This document shows, piece by piece, positions 29,654 through 37,600 of a stretch of DNA of 64,000 nt (position 1 is its first letter; every line of letters starts with the position of its first letter). Made by a program: the position numbers and the translations under genes. The notes under the pieces are model-generated. The model saw only the letters and a list, made by a program, of their open reading frames with translations, had not been told where the DNA came from and did no database searches. Source of the DNA: an uncultured Verrucomicrobia subdivision 3 bacterium (GTDB taxonomy: Bacteria > Verrucomicrobiota > Verrucomicrobiia > Limisphaerales > UBA11358); assembly GCA_903889895.1 (NCBI GenBank), contig CAISYZ010000257.1, forward strand, positions 6,196-70,195, written 5' to 3'.

Positions 29654-30328
29654 ATGGCTGGCGAATACGATTCCACCGAATTTCTTGACACCGATTTTCT
29701 CGCGCAGAAGTCGCCTGCCGCCGCGCCTGTGTCCGGCTATGGTCGCGCGCCGTCGCCGGATGACGTGAACCGCAAGGTGGTTGAGGCGCAACAGAAACTC
29801 GTCGAGCTCAAGCGGGCGCAGGAGGAACTGGAACGCGAGCGCGCCGGGCTGGAAGAACTGCGCCGCCGGCAGAATGAATTTCAGACCGGTCGCGACGAGG
29901 TCATCCAAAATCTCACGCGCGGACTCGGCCTGCTGGAAGAGGCAGAGTTTGTCGCGCGCCGCGACGCCGAGCAGATGGTCAAAACCGTTGGTGATTTCCG
30001 CACGGCGCTGACGAAAGTGCAGGCCATCAACGATGCGGCGTGGACGAAGGAGAATTTTCAAATGGAACTCACCCGCGCGCTGACGACGATTGAAAATGCG
30101 CGGATGGAATGGAATTCTGCGCGGCTGAAAATCTCCGCGCTGGCAGGCGAGACCAAAAATGCCGCCGCGCCGCTGGACAAAAATTCTTCCGCCGTGGCCG
30201 CCGTGCCGTCGCTGGCGGAACTACCATTCGGCCAGCTTTGCAAAATCGGGCTGGCGATGACGTGGCCGTTGCTGCTCGTGGCGCTCGGCGCGTTGGGCAT
30301 CTTCATCGCGATTCTTCTGCGCAAGTGA
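29654..30328 (+). CDS. Hypothetical coiled-coil protein with C-terminal TM anchor
   Basis: Coiled-coil composition, hydrophobic tail. Confidence 0.8.
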   Translation: MAGEYDSTEFLDTDFLAQKSPAAAPVSGYGRAPSPDDVNRKVVEAQQKLVELKRAQEELERERAGLEELRRRQNEFQTGRDEVIQNLTRGLGLLEEAEFVARRDAEQMVKTVGDFRTALTKVQAINDAAWTKENFQMELTRALTTIENARMEWNSARLKISALAGETKNAAAPLDKNSSAVAAVPSLAELPFGQLCKIGLAMTWPLLLVALGALGIFIAILLRK

Positions 30329-30329
30329 C

Positions 30330-30845
30330 ATGGGCTTGCTGAACAAAAAGCCGGATCCGATCACCGACAAGGCGCGCGCGCTGGCGGCGGAAATCGCCGC
30401 ACTGGAAGCCGAGATCAAAAAACTTGATACGCAGGTCCAGCGCACGGCCACGCCAAAACTGCGTTCCACTGCGACGCCCGCCGGCGAAACCATTTCCCGC
30501 GCGTCGGAAAGACCTACGCCGGTTCCGAAGCCGAGCGAGCCGGTTTTTGAAGAAGTGAAGGCGGCCAAAATTGCGTCGAACATAACGGAAGTGCCGGAGT
30601 TATTTAACGAACTCGGTGTGCGCAAATATGATTTGCCGGCGCTGTTCAACCGGTTGCGCAACCATCTGCGCGGGCCGACGACGAGCAATCCGCGCTTGGT
30701 GAATTATCTCGCGGCCGGCGGCGTGCAGGGCTTGCGGCCGCTGCGCTACGAAAAGCGCGTGGCGCGTAACCGCTTCATCTGGCTGGTGGTGGTCGTGACG
30801 TTTGTGCTGTTTGGATTATTTTACTGGCTGCTGCCCAAACATTGA
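30330..30845 (+). CDS. Hypothetical protein with C-terminal TM anchor
   Basis: Tight operon spacing, N-terminal coiled coil, C-terminal TM helix. Confidence 0.75.
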   Translation: MGLLNKKPDPITDKARALAAEIAALEAEIKKLDTQVQRTATPKLRSTATPAGETISRASERPTPVPKPSEPVFEEVKAAKIASNITEVPELFNELGVRKYDLPALFNRLRNHLRGPTTSNPRLVNYLAAGGVQGLRPLRYEKRVARNRFIWLVVVVTFVLFGLFYWLLPKH

Positions 30846-30850
30846 AAATT

Positions 30851-31345
30851 ATGGAGTTGCTCATCGAATTGCCGGTTGCGACCGCCGACGGGATATTTCT
30901 GGCCCACTATTCTGACCAAGGATTGGCCGAACTTGACTGGCCGGCGGCCAAAAATGCGCGGGTCAGTTCGGGAAATCGAAAAACGTCGGTGCAAATTCTT
31001 CGTTGGCACAAGCTCACGACGGAGTCTTTGAAAAAAGCTTTGGCTGGCCATGAGGCGAAGGAATTGCCGCCGCTGGATTGGTCGGGCAAAACGGAATTTC
31101 AAATATCCGTCTGGCGCGCGATGCTGAAAATTCCGACGGGCAAAACGAAAAGCTACGGCGAAATTGCGGCGGCTATTGGCCGGCCAATGGCTGTGCGCGC
31201 CGTGGGCGGCGCGTGCGGGGCGAATCCGATTCCGGTGCTAGTGCCTTGCCACCGGATTCTGGCCGCGAACAAAAAGATTGGCGGCTTTTCCGGCGGGCTG
31301 CAGCGGAAGCGCGATTTGCTCGCGCGCGAGGGCATCAAAATTTAG
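30851..31345 (+). CDS. ogt: Methylated-DNA--protein-cysteine S-methyltransferase
   Basis: SYGEIA, RAVG.ACG.NP, PCHR. Confidence 0.92.
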   Translation: MELLIELPVATADGIFLAHYSDQGLAELDWPAAKNARVSSGNRKTSVQILRWHKLTTESLKKALAGHEAKELPPLDWSGKTEFQISVWRAMLKIPTGKTKSYGEIAAAIGRPMAVRAVGGACGANPIPVLVPCHRILAANKKIGGFSGGLQRKRDLLAREGIKI

Positions 31346-31446
31346 CTGCAGATTCCAAAAGATTAAGGCCGCAAGAACGCACAAAAAGCGCAAAATGATT
31401 ATTCATTCTGCGCCTTTGCGATTTGGATGGCAAAAATTTCCTGCGT

Positions 31447-32172
31447 TCAATTCAGCGCCGCTTTGCAGGCGGCTTCGATTTCGGCCTTGGCTTCGGCGGC
31501 TTCCTTTTCAAATTCGTCGCTCTTCTTGAATTGCTTCACGATGGCCTGGGCGAGGACGCGACCGGCGTAAATGTCGGTCGGATAATGCCGGGCAATCTGC
31601 ACGCGGTGCCAGCCCATCTGCCGGGCGTGGGCGATGATGGCGTCGTGCTGGGCGGGCAGCAAATCGGCAAGGACGAGCGCGAGCACCATGGTTTCGGTGG
31701 AATGGCCGCTGGGATAGCTGAAGGATTTTTCCAATTTGCCATTGGCGAGGCTGGGGTCGGTGGTGAACGGGCGCGGACGTTGAAAATGATCCTTGCCGAG
31801 ATCCGTCACGGTTTCGGCGTCTTTCTGGACTTTTTCAAAAAAAGCCGTGGTCTTGGGCAGGTTGGTCTCCACAAAATAAGCGCCGACGGTGGTGGTGAAA
31901 TTGAAGACGGAAAATTTCTTTTCGTCGTAGGCGGCCTGTTTGTCGGCGTCGCTGGCGGCTTGATAGACGGAGCGGACCGTCGCCATGTCAGCGGCCTGCT
32001 CGGCGGAATCAGGCAACGGCGGCGGCGGGAGGAGTTCGCTGGCGTTGGGTTTGCCCTCCTTGAGGAAATTGAGCGACGACTCCTTGGCAAAGGTGGCCAA
32101 AGTGGTAGCTGTCAGTAACGTGGCAAACATCGCCACCCGCATAAAACGGGCCGATTGGGGAATAAAAATCAT
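31447..32172 (-). CDS. Exported PAP2 / class A acid phosphatase
   Basis: K-x6-RP, SYPSGH, 'R.QIARHYPTD'; start uncertain. Confidence 0.88.
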   Translation of the reverse strand: MIFIPQSARFMRVAMFATLLTATTLATFAKESSLNFLKEGKPNASELLPPPPLPDSAEQAADMATVRSVYQAASDADKQAAYDEKKFSVFNFTTTVGAYFVETNLPKTTAFFEKVQKDAETVTDLGKDHFQRPRPFTTDPSLANGKLEKSFSYPSGHSTETMVLALVLADLLPAQHDAIIAHARQMGWHRVQIARHYPTDIYAGRVLAQAIVKQFKKSDEFEKEAAEAKAEIEAACKAALN

Positions 32173-32217
32173 GATTGGTAACAAATTGCGGGTTGCGAGT
32201 GGCAAAGAACTGGTTGT

Positions 32218-33096
32218 TTACTCTCCTGAGGCTGCTGGCACCTGCGTGCCTGAGCAATCCCAATTGATGTCAGGTTGCCCGGGATCCGATCCTGCAGTAG
32301 TGGCAGGACTTTGAACTACCACGTAACTATATTTGAAGTAAGAAGCATGTCCGTCACTGAAAGTGAGGAGACCGCCCTGACTGTGCCGCGATGAGAAGCG
32401 GGTTGTATAAACCTGCGGGGTGGCAAGCTTGATTTGGTTGGCGGTGCTGCCGGCATATGGAGTTTCTGCCGAACGGTTGCGGACATCGGCAAACAGAACC
32501 AAGGCCGAAGGGTGAACAATCTTCGAGGACTTCAGGGGAACTGTGTAGCCAGCAATGGCACTTTCAGCTGCGGTAGAGTGTGAATTCATCCCGTAACTAA
32601 ACAACGGGCGCGCGCCGGGAATCATGTCATACTGGTCGGAGCCCGCCTGTTTATCCACTGGGTCAATGCCTTGTGCGAAGGCGGTCGGACAGGTAAAAAT
32701 GGACTTGGAGCCATAGAAGATTGTAGGGTCCAAAGCCCAAGTATAGAGCGGTTTGTTAGCGACGAGGGGCGGCAGGGCATTGAACCAGACATCGTCACCT
32801 TGCCCATTTTGATGATAACTCCCGATGGACAGCCAGACCGGGTTGTCCTGATCCGTGCTAGTGGCATAGCCCTTCTGAAATTTCGGGTAGGGAAACACTT
32901 GACTGTTGTCATCCACATACATGTTTTCCGCCAAACCCCATTGTTTGGAGTTGCTCAGGCAAACCGCCTGTTGCGCCTTCGCCTTGGCCTTGGCCAGGGC
33001 CGGCAGCAGCATTGAGGCAAGAATCGCGATGATGGCGATGACCACCAAAAGTTCGATTAATGTGAATCCGGCGTTTTGCTTTTGTTTCAAGTTCAT
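32218..33096 (-). CDS. Prepilin-type N-methylation domain protein with H-X9-DG motif
   Basis: [25 protein letters not shown]; '[14 protein letters not shown]'. Confidence 0.92.
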   Translation of the reverse strand: MNLKQKQNAGFTLIELLVVIAIIAILASMLLPALAKAKAKAQQAVCLSNSKQWGLAENMYVDDNSQVFPYPKFQKGYATSTDQDNPVWLSIGSYHQNGQGDDVWFNALPPLVANKPLYTWALDPTIFYGSKSIFTCPTAFAQGIDPVDKQAGSDQYDMIPGARPLFSYGMNSHSTAAESAIAGYTVPLKSSKIVHPSALVLFADVRNRSAETPYAGSTANQIKLATPQVYTTRFSSRHSQGGLLTFSDGHASYFKYSYVVVQSPATTAGSDPGQPDINWDCSGTQVPAASGE

Positions 33097-33168
33097 GGCT
33101 CTGGCGGTTGATTTTTTAAATTTGGGAAAACGAACAAATTCCCTGTCCGCACAGAATGAGTCATCCAC

Positions 33169-33206
33169 GTTACAGGTGAATGGCGTAATTGTTACGTTTG
33201 CGTGAC
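33169..33206 (-). promoter_or_regulatory. Pho-box-like repeats upstream of prepilin/phosphatase genes
   Basis: Minus strand GTCAC/GTAAC/GCCAT/GTAAC at exact 11-bp spacing. Confidence 0.65.
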
Positions 33207-33247
33207 AAGCTGCCCACTTCCCGGCTGTGGCCAACGACCAAAAGCAA

Positions 33248-33277
33248 ACCCCGCCGACCATCGCTGGAAGGCGGGGT
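33248..33277 (-). terminator. Putative terminator of the FN3-domain gene
   Basis: ACCCCGCC/GGCGGGGT stem followed by TTGCTTTT on minus strand. Confidence 0.5.
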
Positions 33278-33294
33278 GAAGGTAATTAAACCTC

Positions 33295-34062
33295 TCAGGT
33301 GCTCATGCAGTTCACCGATGGGCAGTAATCGCTGGCCAAGTTTCCGCCGCCGAGGGCGCAAGCATCCACCGTATAGACCTTGCCCGGCGTCAGGTCGGGC
33401 AAAACAATGTTCAGCGTGGACGAAAAATTCTTGGTATAGACCAACGCGCCCGCCGCGTCGCGCACGCGCAGCAGATAGCCGCGCGCATGGGCCGAACCTT
33501 GCAGCTTCACCCCGAGGCTGCCGCTGCCCTTGTTGAAGAGGTTCACGATGGCTGGCACATCCGGGGTCATCGCGGCGTGATGGGCGGGAATAATCACGTC
33601 GAAGCCCGACAACATCGCCTGCTCCGGGGTGATGCCTGGAATGGCCTCGATGTAAGCCGCGAGCTGTCGGAGCAAAGCGATCAGAATTTCCTTCTTGGCG
33701 TTTTTGTCGGCAGTGAGCGGTTTGCCAAGGTTGGACGCGGCGGCATCGGCATCATGAAACGCGCCTTGGGCGGCGTCCAGATTGGCGATGGGGAAGGGCG
33801 GGTCTTTGAAGATGGCCGCATTCTTCGTCATCTGCGTGGCCACGTTGCTGGCGAATTTGTCCAGCGGCAGATCCATCAATTGCGCGAACGCGAGGGAGAT
33901 ATGGAACAGCATAACTTTTTTATTGGTCGGCTGGGGAGCCACGGGCGCGTCGTAATAAACCTTGTCCCCCCACTTGTAAGGCTGCCCGGTCAACGGATTG
34001 ATTCCGTTCCAAACCGCGCCATATTTTACGGGGTCGCTCATGCTCTCGTTCCAGCCAGGCAT
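33295..34062 (-). CDS. Hypothetical protein: 50-aa leader, helical domain, C-terminal fibronectin type III-like domain; array-3-associated
   Basis: 'L..LTPGKVYTVDA.A.GG...SD' FN3 signature; internal Met at 33912; upstream TTGACA at 34179-34174. Confidence 0.8.
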   Translation of the reverse strand: MPGWNESMSDPVKYGAVWNGINPLTGQPYKWGDKVYYDAPVAPQPTNKKVMLFHISLAFAQLMDLPLDKFASNVATQMTKNAAIFKDPPFPIANLDAAQGAFHDADAAASNLGKPLTADKNAKKEILIALLRQLAAYIEAIPGITPEQAMLSGFDVIIPAHHAAMTPDVPAIVNLFNKGSGSLGVKLQGSAHARGYLLRVRDAAGALVYTKNFSSTLNIVLPDLTPGKVYTVDACALGGGNLASDYCPSVNCMST

Positions 34063-34230
34063 TGGATATTTGGGGAACGCCTTCTACTCTGCCAAAAAAG
34101 CGTCGGCACCACAATAATTAATTTCAATAAATGTAATATAAAACGCTATAATCTATAAGATAAGAAAATCCTATGTCAACCGCCCGGCGGCCGAGGTTGA
34201 CGTCCCCGCCACCGCCCGCGAGCGGGTGGG

Positions 34231-34482
34231 CAGCTTGATTCAGGCCAGCGGGCGCTTGGTCTTGGACGGCGTTTCCTTGGTCAAGAATGGGGCTTCCTTA
34301 CTTAAAGATGCGGCTGCGTCGGTTAAGGAAATGATTTCCTCGGTCAAGGAAGCGCCAACCTTAACTGAGGATGAGATTTCCTTAGGTAAGGAAGCGGCAA
34401 TCTTGATTAAGGAAACGATTTCTTTAAATAAGGAAGCGCCTTCGTCGGTTAAGGAAGGCGCTTCCTTAACCGACTTTTCGGA
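34231..34482. repeat. Degenerate 21-bp-period tandem array 3, unit TTCCTT-N4-AAGGAA-N5, 10 clear plus 2 decayed units
   Basis: Unit starts 34273, 34294, 34315, 34336, 34357, 34378, 34399, 34420, 34441, 34462. Confidence 0.92.
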
Positions 34483-34547
34483 AAATTGGGGTAAAATTGC
34501 CCCAAAGGTGGACATTTTTGGTGTTTGCCGGCGGGTGAGGAGGCGTT

Positions 34548-34585
34548 GTCACCAAGTTGTCACGCAAAGCCCATAATCCTGTAAC
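34548..34585 (+). promoter_or_regulatory. Pho-box-like repeats upstream of giant surface protein
   Basis: GTCAC 34548, GTCAC 34559, CCCAT 34570, GTAAC 34581 (11-bp spacing). Confidence 0.65.
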
Positions 34586-34663
34586 ATGAATGTTGATAAT
34601 CCTCGGAGCACGCGTTGGAGTGCTGTGCGATTTACCAAACAAGAACCAAATAAACACCGCCCG

Positions 34664-37600
34664 ATGAAACTCAAAAACCTAGCCTGTATTGCTTCCCTGC
34701 TGGTTGCTTCGCTGTCAGGAGCGAACGCCGCCACCACTTTAACCGCCTGGACCTTTGACAATAATGCCGTCGGCCTCAATGCCTCCCCGGTCGCCTCGAC
34801 GGGGCTCGGGTCAGCCTCGGCCTTGGGCTTGACCAGCTCTACCTACAATAATACCAACAGTGTGAGCAATCCGGATGTCTATGCGGCGCCCACGGGCACG
34901 TCCTCCGGCGGAGCGAATGCCTGGCGGGTGCGTGCCTCGAGCACGGCGGGCGGCAGCCACGGCAATGGCTGGTCCACGAATGCGCCGATCGGCACGCAGG
35001 GCGCGCAGTTCTCGGGCAGCACCTTTGGTTATAACAAGGTCAAGGTGACGTTTGATGTGTATGCCACCTCCGACGCGGAAGCCAATTTGCAGGTGCAATA
35101 TTCCACGGATGTGGCCGGCACCAACTGGTGCAACGCCACCATCACGTCGGCAGGATCAGACACCATCGGGAACAACACCACGTCCGCCAACACCGTCACC
35201 GGGTCTTATGTCACGTTGGTGAGCGGCTGGAACAACCAGATCACGGTGGACTTGAGCGGTGTTTCCGCCGTGGACAACTCCACGAATTTCTCGATTCGCC
35301 TGGTGAATGCCTCGACCTGCGCAGATTGCGTGGACACGACCGGCGCGGTTTACAACAACAAGACCGGCAGTTGGACGTTTGACAACGTGGTGTTCACGGG
35401 CACGGGCTTGGACACCATCGTGGAATGGACGTTTGACAGCTATCCGAGTGCCTCGACCATCGTCACCAACCCGGTGCCGGAAATCGGCGGAGCCACGGCC
35501 GGCAAGGCCACCTCGATTGGTTTTAACAACGGTTATACTTATGCCGGTGGCAACGGCACGGGCAGCACGGACGCTTCCGACATCAACAACACCGGCGGCA
35601 GTTCTTCCGGCAGCGCCGGCCCGAACGCCTGGCGTGTGCGCGGAGCCATCCTCGCCACCGGCGTGGCTGGCATTGGCTGGAACTACAACGCTCCCATCGG
35701 CACCCAGGGTGCCGAATATGATGCGAGCACCGCGGGCTACTCGAACATCGTCGTTAATTTTGATTTGTATTTCACCAGCGCCGCCGAGGCGCGTGCTTGC
35801 GTGCTTTACACCACCGACGGCTGGGCCACGACGAATGTGGCCAATTCGCTGGCTTACGCCCCGAATCCTTCTTACATCCAGACGAACCTCCCGGTCGGCT
35901 CCGGCGGCAGCGCCAATACCGTGACCGGCACTTATTTTGTCGCGCCCAACAGCCAGGGTTTTTACAACAACATCATCGTGGATTTCACCGGTATTCCCGG
36001 CGTGGACAACAATCCGCTGTTTGGTTTCAAGGTCGTGAATGCCGCGACCGGCTCGGGTGACTGTTTGAACCTGTCGGGCACCGCCTATAATAACTCATCC
36101 GGCAACTGGCGTTTCGACAATGTGACGGTCGCCGGCACTGCTGGCACCCCGCCGCCGGCGATTGCGTTTGACCCCAATGCCACGGTGGATCATGCGTTCA
36201 CGAACACCTTCACCGATAATCCGGCCTGGCGCGCGGCGATTGCCGGCGTCTATGTGAATGGCCAGCCGTTGACGAACACGGCTTACACCGTTACGGCCGG
36301 CAAGATTGTCTTTACGCCCGCAAATTCCTCACTGCTCCAAGCGAGCGGTCTGTTGAACATTTCCATTCTTTCCGTTGGCTTTGGCACGGCCAAGGTGGCC
36401 CAGCCGATTGTTCCCGGTGTGGCTACCAAACTGGCCTTCACCAAGCAGGCCACGGGTCCTTCGGCCAGCACCGGAACACTTGTGGTCAACCCCGTCCTGT
36501 TGGTTTCCGATCAATACGGCAATGGCACCACCAATCCTTATTATAACGTCACCGTCTCCGCGGCGGTTAGCAACTCGGTGGCCTGGATCTTGGGCGGCGA
36601 CACCAACCAAACCGCGGTCAACGGTTTGATTGTGTTCTCCAACCTGACGGCGACGGTGGTCGGCGGCACGAATTATCCCGGCGCGGCCATCACGTTCACG
36701 GTGACGGGTTATAGCCCGCTGACGGTCACGAACTCCCCCGCGTTCAACATCGCCGCTGCCCCGGCCACGAATTTCACGCGTGGTGATCTGGCGGTCTTGC
36801 AGCTCGACAAGTCGGCGAACAACACGACCTTCAGCATCATCGAACTCAAGCCTTCGGCAGCAGGTCAAACCAACGCCTTCAACATCGTCCCCATCAGCGC
36901 CACGGGCCCGAATGCGTTGCGCATGTCTTCCGCCGGCACCTGTGGCCGGTTGTCATTGAATGATGACGGCACGTTGCTCTGCTTCGCCGCCTTTGTGGAC
37001 GGCAGCTCGGCCACGCCGGATGAAACGTTCAACCTCAACCGCGCGGCGGTGGGGCTGAATTACACGAATCAGGTGAGCATTGGCTTTACCTACACTTCCA
37101 CCTCGTTGGGCGGCAGCCAGGCTCGCTCCTGCACCGAATTGCTGGATACTTATGGCTCCGTCCATTGGATCGTGGACGACAAAGGTGGATTATATGATGG
37201 CAATACAAACAGCGGCACCATCACCCAGCCCAATTTGAACGCTTACAATAACGTCGTCGTCAAAAATTTTGCGGGAGTTCCTTACGTTGAAACGCAAAAG
37301 GCAGTCGGACCCTCCTTGCCCGTGCTTTATAATCTTGGCCTGGACACTGACACTGGTCTGTTCGATATCACACCTTACACTCCCGGCCTGACCACGGATG
37401 CCAACGCCACGGATTTCTATCTGATTTCCACCAACGGCGGCACAAGCTACGACGTCCTTTATATCATGGATTCCGTTTCCACGAACGGCATCATCACGAA
37501 GTATTCCTTGGTGAGTGGAACGTGGACGGCGAATGGTTCCTACACCAACCGGACCGGCGGTGACAGCCTCTTCGCCACGACCAACGGCAACGGCGGTGTT

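Noticed and set aside
31365..31432. Loose inverted repeat between ogt and the phosphatase
   Set aside because: Probably a decayed REP-like or terminator element; pairing is too poor to support a call.
34231..34482. Arrays as CRISPR
   Set aside because: The whole unit is 21 bp with degenerate repeats and 5-12 nt variable parts; no cas genes in the window.
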